Below the pieces are notes generated by a model. The model was given only the letters and a program-made list of their open reading frames with translations, ran no database searches and was not told the origin of the DNA. DNA of 61,147 bases, from contig CAYWYD010000009.1 of NCBI GenBank assembly GCA_964462425.1, positions 1 to 61,147 of the forward strand. Direction: 5' to 3'. Below, piece after piece: positions 1-8,944 of the stretch; positions within the stretch are counted from its first letter, which is position 1; each line of letters opens with the position of its first letter. The stretch is from an uncultured Thermoplasmata archaeon. Lineage in GTDB: Archaea; Thermoplasmatota; Thermoplasmata; Halarchaeoplasmatales; Halarchaeoplasmataceae. The position numbers and the translations under genes were made by a program.

Positions 1-225
1 GCCTATGTGATGTGCATAGCACACGGAGGTATAGACCTCATGGTAGGAAATACAAAGGTGATAAGTAAATACATCGATAAGTACGATGAAAATCCCTCGG
101 AGCAGGCATCTATTATCACCAATAATACGAAAGAATCAAAGGAAGCTGTTGCTGCTTTTAAAAAGGGGAATATCGATGAGTATAAAAAGGAATTTTGGGC
201 GAAGCATTCTTTGGATGAATTTTGA
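1..225 (+). CDS. 3' fragment of a hypothetical protein (truncated by window edge)
   Basis: Frame open from position 1 to TGA at 223-225; AT-rich; no recognisable motif. Confidence 0.45.
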   Translation, partial: AYVMCIAHGGIDLMVGNTKVISKYIDKYDENPSEQASIITNNTKESKEAVAAFKKGNIDEYKKEFWAKHSLDEF

Positions 226-306
226 ATAAAGGTACGTCCATCTTTGTTATTAGTAAAATTTGAAAGTGGAACAGGAATTATTTTTGACGTTATGAACCTG
301 AGGTAT

Positions 307-322
307 AGTGGGGGCACGGGGA
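307..322 (-). repeat. 16-bp direct repeat of the tRNA-Trp 3' end (att-like copy)
   Basis: agtgggggcacgggga occurs at 307-322 and 402-417. Confidence 0.85.
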
Positions 323-406
323 CCCGCAAGAAAGCTTGCTTTCTGAGGGTCAGAAGGAATCTTTGATTCCTTCAAGTGCCGCCGCTTTTTTCTCGGAAAA
401 AAGTGG
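322..406. repeat. Cluster of three hairpins between the duplicated tRNA ends (REP/MITE-like)
   Basis: Stems agaaagc/gctttct (329-344), gaaggaatc/gattccttc (353-373), ccgcttttttc/gaaaaaagtgg (382-406). Confidence 0.6.
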
Positions 407-587
407 GGGCACGGGGATTTGAACCCCGATCAACGGGTTTCCTCCACGCGAGGAGCGACCTCACGCGTCATCGAATTACGGGTCACCGCTCCAGTTAGTC
501 ATCATACCATAGCTGGTCAGTAAACCCGATAGGCGTTCATCCCACGTAACTGGAGCCCGGTAGGATGCCGTGTTACCCTATACCCCC
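404..587 (-). tRNA. trnW: tRNA-Trp(CCA) with intron at canonical position 37/38
   Basis: Acceptor stem GGGGGTA/TGCCCCC+A, T-arm CGGGG-TTCAAAT-CCCCG, anticodon CCA at 553-551, intron about 439-549. Confidence 0.95.
439..549 (-). ncRNA. tRNA-Trp intron-encoded box C/D guide RNA (predicted Cm34 and Cm39)
   Basis: C-like GGATGAA, D' CTGA, C' ATGATGA, D-like GTGA. Guides ATCGGGTTT and TAACTGGAGC are complementary to the pre-tRNA, and the +5 rule lands on C39 and C34. Confidence 0.88.
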
Positions 588-724
588 GAAAAGGGGATTT
601 CTATCCGCTATTTTACGTATTCCTTTTTAGCTTTTTGGGTGGATTTTTGAAAATGTCCGTCCTCTTCAAGATAGTTGACACCATTCCTTTTAACTGCTTT
701 CTAGGCGACTGCCGGAAAGATTTG

Positions 725-738
725 CGAAAATATTTATC
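725..738 (+). promoter_or_regulatory. BRE/TATA promoter of tldD (probably leaderless)
   Basis: cgaaaa-tatttatc about 25 nt upstream of ATG 763. Confidence 0.5.
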
Positions 739-762
739 GGGTTAACCCTTTTTAATACTTCG

Positions 763-2121
763 ATGAATCCGAATAGCGTGATAGAGCATCTGATGGAAAA
801 GGGTGCGGATTATTGTGACGTGAGAAAAGAGATCTGGGACAGGATGTTTGTCACTTTAAAGTCCGGCGAGATAGACAAGATCAGCCAGGGTGGAGAAGAG
901 GGGGCGATGATAAGAGTACTATTCAACAACGGATGGGGGTGTGTAGGCACCTCCGATCTGGACAATTTGAAGAAAGCCTCTGAAAGAGCTCTTTCCATGG
1001 CGAAGAGCGGCGACCAGTTCAAGAAGCAGGATATCGATCTAGCTAAATCAGAGGTCCAAAAAGACAGCGTTGAACTTCCGATGAAACAGGACCCGAGAGA
1101 TATAGATTCAGAAGAGAAGATATCTTTTTTGAGAGATCTGGAAAAGAAATTAGATGAAGGGCCGGTTAACTCGACCGAAGTGAGGTATGGAGAGGCTATA
1201 GTTGAAAAGGAGATACTCACCAGCGAGGGTACCGAGGTCCGGATGAATATCCCTAGGTTGATGATGGCTTTGATGATTACGGGGAAAAGGGACAAGATAC
1301 AGAGAGCCTCTGAATCGATCGGTGGGACTGGAGGGTATGAACTGACTGAAAAAGCTTACGAGAAGGTGGACGTGGTGAAAGACCGGCTCGAAAAACTTCT
1401 CGAAGCGGACACACCTCCTAGCGGCTCTTTACCTCTGATAATGGACCCGAAGCTGGCCGGTGTTTTCGTCCATGAAGCCTTCGGTCACGCCGCCGAGGGT
1501 GATCTCGTAGCGAGCGATAACAGCTGCCTCAAGGGAAAGATCGGAGAGAAAGTGGCGGCGGAAGAGATCACCATCAAGGACGATCCGACCCTCGAGGGCT
1601 ATGGTCAGTTCCCCTACGATGACGAAGGTACGAAAGCGAAGAATAGAGTTCTAGTTAAAGACGGCGTCTTGAACGATTTCATCCTAGATCGAGAAAGCGC
1701 TTGGAAGTTGGATATGGAGCCCAACGGAGGAGCTAGAGCTGAGGATTTTAGAGTCAAGCCTTTAGTGAGGATGAGCAATACGATGATAGAACCGGGAGAT
1801 ATGGAATTCGAAGAGATGTTGGAAGAGGTGGACGAAGGCGTCTATGCAAAATCATCCAGCGGAGGCCAGGTGAGCCCGGCGGAAGGTACCTTCCAGTTCA
1901 ACGCTCAAGAAGCCTATCTGATCGAGGACGGCGAGATCATCAAGCCGTTGAGAGATGTGAGCTTCAACGGGTTCACTCTCGAGACTTTACAAAACGTGAT
2001 CGGTGCGACCGATGAGTTCATACAGGATATAGGTCATTGTGGAAAAGGCCAGACAGCTTCTGTAGGTCACGGAGGCCCCCATATATTGATCTCCGAGGTA
2101 ACGGTGGGTGGTAGAGAATGA
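763..2121 (+). CDS. tldD: TldD metalloprotease subunit
   Basis: HEAFGH zinc motif, DDEG, RMSNT, C-terminal CGK-GQ-VG-GGP. Confidence 0.92.
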   Translation: MNPNSVIEHLMEKGADYCDVRKEIWDRMFVTLKSGEIDKISQGGEEGAMIRVLFNNGWGCVGTSDLDNLKKASERALSMAKSGDQFKKQDIDLAKSEVQKDSVELPMKQDPRDIDSEEKISFLRDLEKKLDEGPVNSTEVRYGEAIVEKEILTSEGTEVRMNIPRLMMALMITGKRDKIQRASESIGGTGGYELTEKAYEKVDVVKDRLEKLLEADTPPSGSLPLIMDPKLAGVFVHEAFGHAAEGDLVASDNSCLKGKIGEKVAAEEITIKDDPTLEGYGQFPYDDEGTKAKNRVLVKDGVLNDFILDRESAWKLDMEPNGGARAEDFRVKPLVRMSNTMIEPGDMEFEEMLEEVDEGVYAKSSSGGQVSPAEGTFQFNAQEAYLIEDGEIIKPLRDVSFNGFTLETLQNVIGATDEFIQDIGHCGKGQTASVGHGGPHILISEVTVGGRE

Positions 2122-3464
2122 GTGAAAAGGTAATGGAAAGCGTCAAAAAGACTGTCGAGGAGATAAAAAAGAGAGGATTCAAAGGCGACGTTTACGGTGT
2201 AAAGAAGCAGCAGGTATCTCATAACATCAAGAAGGGCGAATTGAGCGATAGCTCGGAATACGAGGACGTAGGGTTGGGTATAAGAGTGATAAAGGACGGG
2301 AAAGCGGGTTTCGGTTACTGCGTTCCGGGTAAAGAGGAAAAAGCTATCAACCGGGCCGTCGAGCTTTCGAGCTTTTCAGAGCAACTAGATTTTACTCTTC
2401 CGACTGAAGAAGATGCACCAAACGTCGATACGTTCGACAAAGATGTGGTGGATATAATTGAGGAAGCAAAAGGCGCGGAATTGACCCAAAAGATGATAGA
2501 CGGAGCAATGTCCATATCGGATGATATAATCCCGACCATGGGAGGTTTCAACATCTCTATAGGCACGAGGATCGTGGGGAACACGGAAGGTCTCTTGTTG
2601 AGGGAAAAAGATTCTAGTTTTTTTGCTTCTGTGACCGCTTCTATCGCGATGGAGGAGACCTCACTCCAGGCGTCTGATGTCTCGGCGGACAGCCGTTTAG
2701 AAGTCGACTTCGAACGGATCGGCTCAAAAGCCGCTGAAAAAGTCGACTCAATGCGGGAGAAATCTGAAAAACTCACAGGAGAGCAGCCTGTAGTTATCAG
2801 TCCCGATGCTCTCATCCAGTTGATAGGATTCGGGTTGATACCCGCCGTGAACGGCGAGAACGTCAGGAAAGGAAAATCCGTCTATCAGGATAAACTGGAT
2901 GAATCGGTTGCCTCAGAACCTCTAACGATAAAAGACGACCCAACTGAAGATTGGGGTTTGGGCAGCGGTGCTTTTGACGACGAGGGTGTTGTGAGCGAAA
3001 AAACACCTATAATCTCTGACGGTGTTCTGAAAAACTTTATCTATGATCTTAAAGAGAGCGTAAAGAGCGGTGAAAAAAGCACCGCTAACGGCGTAAGGAG
3101 CAACTTCAAAAATCTCCCAGAAACAACTCATAGAAATATAGTCATCGAGGGAGAGGGTAAAAATACGAAGGAACTGATGCCCGACGAGGGTATCTACGTG
3201 GATAACGTCCTGGGCGCTCATACGGCGAATCCGGTCAGCGGTGACTTCAGTGTTGTAGCCAACCCCGCATGGCTGGTTGAAGACGGCGAGAAGAAGGGCA
3301 GGGTCGACGGACTAATGCTCTCGGGAAATCTACCCGAAGTCCTAAAATCGATAGAGATGGCCGACAAAAAGAAAAAATGCTTTTTGAGGATCGGCAGTCG
3401 AAGACTCATCATAGAAACGCCGACCGCCCTGTTGAAAGAGGTAACCGTCTCCGGTAAGCAATAA
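2118..3464 (+). CDS. pmbA: PmbA/TldE subunit
   Basis: FDDEG, GAHTANPVSGDFS, no HExxH; 4-bp overlap with tldD. Confidence 0.9.
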   Translation: MSEKVMESVKKTVEEIKKRGFKGDVYGVKKQQVSHNIKKGELSDSSEYEDVGLGIRVIKDGKAGFGYCVPGKEEKAINRAVELSSFSEQLDFTLPTEEDAPNVDTFDKDVVDIIEEAKGAELTQKMIDGAMSISDDIIPTMGGFNISIGTRIVGNTEGLLLREKDSSFFASVTASIAMEETSLQASDVSADSRLEVDFERIGSKAAEKVDSMREKSEKLTGEQPVVISPDALIQLIGFGLIPAVNGENVRKGKSVYQDKLDESVASEPLTIKDDPTEDWGLGSGAFDDEGVVSEKTPIISDGVLKNFIYDLKESVKSGEKSTANGVRSNFKNLPETTHRNIVIEGEGKNTKELMPDEGIYVDNVLGAHTANPVSGDFSVVANPAWLVEDGEKKGRVDGLMLSGNLPEVLKSIEMADKKKKCFLRIGSRRLIIETPTALLKEVTVSGKQ

Positions 3465-3467
3465 ATC

Positions 3468-4709
3468 CTATCGATCCATCTTTTTCTTTTCTTTCAGTAT
3501 CTTTATTCCAACGTTTTCCAGTTCTTCTATCATCTTGTCAAATACTGAACCTTTTATACAGTCTTCCGGCGGCACGATACCTTTTTCCGAGATCTCGCCT
3601 TTCGCGACCATCTCGGCGCTTATCGATGGCGGGAAGCAGGTGGTCCTCTGCATCGCGGTGAGCCCCATCTCGACATCTTCCCGATCCAACATGTAATAAT
3701 CGATCCTTATGGCTTCTCCGTCCTTCTTGCCCTCGGCGGTGTTCCACATCACGCACATGTCTTTATCTCCTTCCTCGGGTTTCAATTTGGGCGTGATAAC
3801 TTTGGAGAGCAGCTCTCTAGGCTCTACTTTTGACCCATTAACCTCCACAGGGTCAGTATCGAGCAGACCACATTTTTTGAACTCCTTTATCGTATCATAA
3901 TGTCCAGCCCATCTTATCGTCTTTTCGTAGGTGTTTTTCAGATCAGGTCTAGTGTGAAAATAGCTCGGCATCCCGGGTGTTACCGCACATTCTAATTCAA
4001 ACTTACAACCGAATTTATCGAAGGTGAACTTTTCGTGTTCGGTCAGCGCCTCTAATTCCTTTTTTTCTCCGTTCTTTATAGCCGGTGATTTGATATTGTA
4101 CTCTCTCAAAACGTGATCGAATGTCCAAGTTATCATGTACTTTAAAGGATGTCTCTGAGCAGCGTCCTCGTCTGGAATCCCTCCACATCTAGCTATAGCG
4201 GTTTCGCCTTCATCCATCTCTCTGAGGGCTTCGCCTAAAGTGAAATTGGTGATACCCGGTGCGAACCCCATCCCGGAGATGAAGGTAACATCGTTTTCTA
4301 CAGCTCTTTCATGTAAAGATTCTCCGTACTCCTCCACGGTCATGCCCTCCGGGATCTCCATATCTTCCTTCTCGTAGAGATCCGGTCTTCTATGATATTC
4401 CTCCAACATGTCGATCAAGTCTAAACCAACATCGATGGCGGCCTCTGCAGTGGCGTAGCAAGTTTCTCTAGTCGGTAACGCATTGATTCCAACATCATAT
4501 TCTTCCATGATCTCTTTCAGCTTTTCGGTCTCATCAATAACATTCACAACATATTTACCTAACTTTTTGCTGCCTACGAATTCTATTATATCATCTATAG
4601 GCTCTTCCGATCTACTCAAAATACCTATCTGATCAAAATCAGTATGATTCGCTAAATACCACGCAACACCTTCAGCCTGTCTACCTGCACCAAAGATCAA
4701 AGCCTTCAT
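3468..4709 (-). CDS. Saccharopine dehydrogenase family protein
   Basis: Rossmann start MKALIFGAG, GMGFAPG, CGGIP, EKTIRW, TAMQRTT; start moved to ATG 4709. Confidence 0.85.
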   Translation of the reverse strand: MKALIFGAGRQAEGVAWYLANHTDFDQIGILSRSEEPIDDIIEFVGSKKLGKYVVNVIDETEKLKEIMEEYDVGINALPTRETCYATAEAAIDVGLDLIDMLEEYHRRPDLYEKEDMEIPEGMTVEEYGESLHERAVENDVTFISGMGFAPGITNFTLGEALREMDEGETAIARCGGIPDEDAAQRHPLKYMITWTFDHVLREYNIKSPAIKNGEKKELEALTEHEKFTFDKFGCKFELECAVTPGMPSYFHTRPDLKNTYEKTIRWAGHYDTIKEFKKCGLLDTDPVEVNGSKVEPRELLSKVITPKLKPEEGDKDMCVMWNTAEGKKDGEAIRIDYYMLDREDVEMGLTAMQRTTCFPPSISAEMVAKGEISEKGIVPPEDCIKGSVFDKMIEELENVGIKILKEKKKMDR

Positions 4710-4784
4710 CGTTACCATCTCGGGCCGCCTATCGAGACCCACTCTATAAATCTTGTGCCCTCTTACCCATTTTGTTTAAAAAAA

Positions 4785-6044
4785 TCACACGTCTTTCTTT
4801 TCGAAGGTTTTATAAGAACGACGCAGCGCCTCGACCCCCTCTAACTCTTTCCCTGTGAGGAAATTGATACATGATCCTCCGCCGGTTGAGATATGATCGA
4901 TCTCCTTCTCGATCTCGAGGTTGCCCAATACGGCGGTACTGTGTCCTCCTCCGATTATGGAATAAGCTTCCGAATGGGCGATAGCTTTGAATATCTCGGA
5001 AGTTCCAATAGAGAACTCCTCCATCTCGAAGGCTCCCGCGGGACCGTTCAGAACGACCAAAGAAGCCTTTTCTATCTCCTTTTTGTACTCCATTATCGTA
5101 TCGAGTCCTATATCGAATACAGGATACTCGGAGGGAAGTTTGTCGAGAGATATACCGTTCCTTTCACCTTCCTCGTTCAGGACCACGTCCTGCGGAATCT
5201 TGATCTTGTCGGACCATCTCTCGAGGAGTTCTTCAGCGTCTTCTACAGCCTCTTCATAACCGGGGAGTTCTTTCTCCAGGAATTCTCTGTTTCCCTCCCC
5301 GAGTTCGTGCCCGGAAGCCATCAAAAATATATTAGCGGTGACACCTCCCGTGAGTATCTTGTCTATGTTCCCATCCTCCAGCATATGCTCGGCGACCTCG
5401 ATAGAATCGTCGGCTTTCATCCCGCCTAAAAATGCCACCTTGGGAGACTCGTCCATCTGGAATATCTTGCCCATGTTCTCTATTTCTTTTTCCATCAATC
5501 TACCCGCTAGAGAAGGCACGATCTTCGAGAAGCCGACCAAAGTGGGTTGGGCTCGGTGGGCGGCGGCGAAAGCGTCATGTACGAAAAAATCGATCTTCGG
5601 CCCTAATTTCTGGACTATATGGCTGTTCTCGTGTTTCTCCCAGTCGCTCTCCCCCTTGAGATAGGTCTCTTCGGCAAAAAATCTAGCGTTTTCCAGCAGC
5701 AGTATATCACCCTGAGACATGCTGCTGATCTCGTCCAAGACGTGTTCCTGAAACAATCCGTCCATATATCTCACTTTTTTTCTCAGAAGTTGAGACAGCC
5801 TCTCCGCGTGAGGTTCTAAAGAGGTGTAATCGTTTTTACCGGGCCTGCTCTGGTGCGCGACTATTATCAATTTGGTATTCCTCAGTTCTTTTATCGTCTC
5901 TATGTGGCTGTTCAGCCTGTGATCGTCCAATATCCGTTTAGAACTCGGATCGAGTGGAGAGTTTATATCCACTCTCAACAGCACGGTTTTACCTTCTAGG
6001 TCGAAGTCGTCTAGGGTGAAGAACCTATCACCGGGCGCTTCCAT
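4785..6044 (-). CDS. pgk: Phosphoglycerate kinase
   Basis: LRVDINSP, HQSRPG, LLENARF, DAFAAAHR, HISTGGGS. Confidence 0.97.
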   Translation of the reverse strand: MEAPGDRFFTLDDFDLEGKTVLLRVDINSPLDPSSKRILDDHRLNSHIETIKELRNTKLIIVAHQSRPGKNDYTSLEPHAERLSQLLRKKVRYMDGLFQEHVLDEISSMSQGDILLLENARFFAEETYLKGESDWEKHENSHIVQKLGPKIDFFVHDAFAAAHRAQPTLVGFSKIVPSLAGRLMEKEIENMGKIFQMDESPKVAFLGGMKADDSIEVAEHMLEDGNIDKILTGGVTANIFLMASGHELGEGNREFLEKELPGYEEAVEDAEELLERWSDKIKIPQDVVLNEEGERNGISLDKLPSEYPVFDIGLDTIMEYKKEIEKASLVVLNGPAGAFEMEEFSIGTSEIFKAIAHSEAYSIIGGGHSTAVLGNLEIEKEIDHISTGGGSCINFLTGKELEGVEALRRSYKTFEKKDV

Positions 6045-6072
6045 CTTATCGTCCGAAGATTAAGTGGTGGTG

Positions 6073-6090
6073 ATATAAATCTTTCTTTCG
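6073..6090 (-). promoter_or_regulatory. BRE/TATA promoter of pgk
   Basis: Minus strand cgaaagaaag-atttatat about 30 nt upstream of start. Confidence 0.5.
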
Positions 6091-6152
6091 ATAGTGAGTT
6101 CACCTGAATCGGCAACCAAAAATTTACATAGTTCTGTCTATTGGTTCTCACC

Positions 6153-7181
6153 ATGGATTCAGAAGAGAGAGTCGACCTTATAAGGCGGAACGTAGAAGAA
6201 GTGGTGACCGAGGAAGAGTTGAAAGGCCTTTTTCAGGAGAAAAAGAAACCTAAGGCTTACATCGGCGACGCCCCCACCGGAAAGATGCATACTGGTCATT
6301 TCATCACTCACCGCAAGATAGCCGACTTTTTGAGAGCAGGTTTCGAATTTACTGTCCTATTGGCGGACATCCATGCGCATCTGGACGATCTGAAGAGTCC
6401 CTTCGACCTTTTAGACGCTAGAAGCGAGTATTACGAAGAATGCGTCAAGGGGATGATGGAAGCGACGGGAGTGGACTATAACGACTTGAATTTTGTAAAA
6501 GGCAGCGAATTTGAACTGGGAGAGGACTACATGTTGAACGTTTTGAGGATGGCCGCGGATACAACTCTCAACAGGACCCAAAGAGCCGCCGCGGAGGTCG
6601 TGAGATACGGCGACAATCCAAAGCTGGGAGGATTCATCTATCCGCTCCTCCAAAGCCAAGATGTTTCCGCCTTGGACGCTGATCTGGCTTATGGAGGTAT
6701 CGATCAGAGAGGTATATACATGCTTTCAAGAGAGATACTGCCGGACTTCGGCTACAAAAAGCCGGTCTGTGTTTTCGCTCCTTTACTAACTGGACTGACA
6801 GGTGGAAAGATGAGCTCTTCTATCGAGGGCTCTAAGATAGACCTCCTAGCCGAGCCTGAGATCGTAAAAGAAAAGATAATGGACGCCTACTGTCCGCAGG
6901 GAGAAAAAGAGGACAACCCCGTCCTGGAACATCTACAGATGCTGGTTATGCCGGTCCTAAAATCGGAAGGGAAAGATTTTGTCATCGAACGGCCAGAGAA
7001 ATGGGGCGGCGATCTCGTCTATGAAGATTACCAGGAAGCTGAAGAGGATTATCTTTCAGGAGACCTGCACCCACAGGATCTGAAAGAAGCTCTCGCAAGA
7101 GAATTGATCGATATATTGGAACCTATCAGAGAAAGATTCAAGGGTAAAGAAGACCTGATCGAGAGAGCCTATCCGGGATGA
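6153..7181 (+). CDS. tyrS: Tyrosyl-tRNA synthetase (archaeal type)
   Basis: PTGKMHTGH (HIGH-like), YPLLQ, GGIDQR, KMSSS, LHPQDLK; ATG 6153 preferred. Confidence 0.95.
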   Translation: MDSEERVDLIRRNVEEVVTEEELKGLFQEKKKPKAYIGDAPTGKMHTGHFITHRKIADFLRAGFEFTVLLADIHAHLDDLKSPFDLLDARSEYYEECVKGMMEATGVDYNDLNFVKGSEFELGEDYMLNVLRMAADTTLNRTQRAAAEVVRYGDNPKLGGFIYPLLQSQDVSALDADLAYGGIDQRGIYMLSREILPDFGYKKPVCVFAPLLTGLTGGKMSSSIEGSKIDLLAEPEIVKEKIMDAYCPQGEKEDNPVLEHLQMLVMPVLKSEGKDFVIERPEKWGGDLVYEDYQEAEEDYLSGDLHPQDLKEALARELIDILEPIRERFKGKEDLIERAYPG

Positions 7182-7297
7182 TAAACTGGTACAGGTAGTG
7201 ATACCCAAGATCAACTCTTTCACAGTCATTGATTATAGCTTCCCGGCTATCTCTCCTAAAACACAACATACAAATCAGGTCCTTCTTATCATCAAAC

Positions 7298-8458
7298 ATG
7301 CTCATATGCGAAGCGTGCGGGAAAGAATATGATTTAGACAAAAATATACACGTTTGTAGTTGCGGTGAACCGCTGCGCATGGAATATTTTGATGGAGAGA
7401 TAGGTGAAGAGGACGACATCTGGGCCAGGTACGGTTCTTTCCTTCCGTTAGAAGTGGATGATTTATCGAATCTGGGAGAAGGGAATACACCTCTTTCGAA
7501 AGCACCGAGCCTATCTAAAAAACTCGATATCGATCTTCGCTTGAAGAACGAGACTATGAATCCTACCTGGAGTTTTAAAGATAGAGGAACTATCCTGAGC
7601 CTTGAGAGAGCTAAGGAACTCGGCAAGAAAAAATTAGGGACGGTCTCAACGGGCAACATGGCGGCTAGCGTTTCGGCCTATGGGGTGCGGAGCGGATTGA
7701 AGATCTTCGTTCTAGTCCCTTCCGATATATCGGATAAAAAGATCTCCCAGATCGAAAACTACGGACCTATCGTTATCAAAGTTGACGGTGACTACGGCGA
7801 TCTGTATTACGAGAGTTTCGAGTTAGCTGATCGAGATACCTACTTCACAAATTCTAATTCGCCATTCAGAATTGAAGGATATAAGACCATAGCGTTCGAG
7901 ATATACGAAGAGAATGTTCCGCACTATGTTATAATACCGACGAGTTCAGGCGGCCTTTTCAGGGGAGTGATGAAAGGGTTTAAAGAACTGGAGAAGAGCG
8001 GACACATCGATGAGATCCCGGTACCGATCAGTGTTCAAGCTGAAGGATGTTCTCCGATATACGAAGCCCACGAGTCAGATGAGAGAGAGATAGAAAGGTG
8101 GTCGGAACCCGATACTATAGCTGATGCGATTTCCAACCCGTTCCCTCCCGGAGGTAACGACGTGCTCGAAAAGCTGGATAGGTATGATGGGATGTGCGAG
8201 AAAGTATCAAATCAAGAGATGGTCGAAGCCCAAAAACAGATAGCTAGAGAGGGGATCTTCTGTCAGCTAGCTTCAGCCGTCGGAGTTGCAGCTTTGAAAA
8301 AACTGATCGAAAGAGGAAAGATCGAGAAAGGCGCAGAGGTCGTTTCCATAATCACCGGTTCCGGGCTGAAAGGTTCGCTCTCGGGGCAAAATGATAGATC
8401 GACATACAACTGTGCTATCGAGAGTCTCGAAGCGTGCGTCAACAGAGCTTTCGAGTGA
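7298..8458 (+). CDS. thrC: Threonine synthase (PLP), N-terminal zinc knuckle
   Basis: CxxC..CxC, LGEGNTPL, NPTWSFKDRG, STGN, EGYKT; start ATG 7298. Confidence 0.9.
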   Translation: MLICEACGKEYDLDKNIHVCSCGEPLRMEYFDGEIGEEDDIWARYGSFLPLEVDDLSNLGEGNTPLSKAPSLSKKLDIDLRLKNETMNPTWSFKDRGTILSLERAKELGKKKLGTVSTGNMAASVSAYGVRSGLKIFVLVPSDISDKKISQIENYGPIVIKVDGDYGDLYYESFELADRDTYFTNSNSPFRIEGYKTIAFEIYEENVPHYVIIPTSSGGLFRGVMKGFKELEKSGHIDEIPVPISVQAEGCSPIYEAHESDEREIERWSEPDTIADAISNPFPPGGNDVLEKLDRYDGMCEKVSNQEMVEAQKQIAREGIFCQLASAVGVAALKKLIERGKIEKGAEVVSIITGSGLKGSLSGQNDRSTYNCAIESLEACVNRAFE

Positions 8459-8488
8459 AGGCACTGCTCAGATTTTTACTTTTACCCT

Positions 8489-8656
8489 CTATCTCATCCA
8501 ATCTCTCTCGACCTCGGCTTCCTTTTCCTCTTCATATTGGTCTAGAAGTTTATTTACCACATCATCCGACGATTCGTCAACTTTTTTGAGTTCCTCGAGT
8601 CGTTTCCAAGTCGACTTTTTGATCTCGATAGTTTTGACTTCGTCGTTTTCTACCAT
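8489..8656 (-). CDS. 55-aa RHH/VapB-antitoxin-like small protein (absent from ORF track)
   Basis: MVENDEVKTIEIKKSTWKRLEELKKVDESSDDVVNKLLDQY...; same pattern as the VapB at 16203. Confidence 0.7.
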   Translation of the reverse strand: MVENDEVKTIEIKKSTWKRLEELKKVDESSDDVVNKLLDQYEEEKEAEVERDWMR

Positions 8657-8803
8657 CCTATCATCTATAATTAATACGGTCGCTATGCTTAATACTTTTG
8701 TTTGAAATAATTCGGTAATAGTGAAGATATCATCCCCACTGCTTTCGACCTAGACAAAATTTATAACCCTTCCTGTTTTTACTCAAAAAAGAGGTGAAAG
8801 TGG

Positions 8804-8935
8804 ATGGCTCTAGATTCGGATAGGTGCCACTTCTGTGGCAATTGGACGAAGGAGTACAAAAGGGTCGGGGATAAGAGCTTCTGCAAGGATTGTGTGGAAG
8901 ATCTGATGGAACTGATAAAAGACGAACTCGATTGA
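8804..8935 (+). CDS. 43-aa C4 zinc-finger microprotein (absent from ORF track)
   Basis: RBS gaggtga 8791-8797; MALDSDRCHFCGNWTKEYKRVGDKSFCKDCVEDLMELIKDELD. Confidence 0.75.
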   Translation: MALDSDRCHFCGNWTKEYKRVGDKSFCKDCVEDLMELIKDELD

Positions 8936-8944
8936 ACTATATTT

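Noticed and set aside
763..3464. tldD/pmbA or amrS as part of a RiPP cluster
   Set aside because: No precursor peptide or modifying enzymes adjacent; both are common housekeeping genes in archaea
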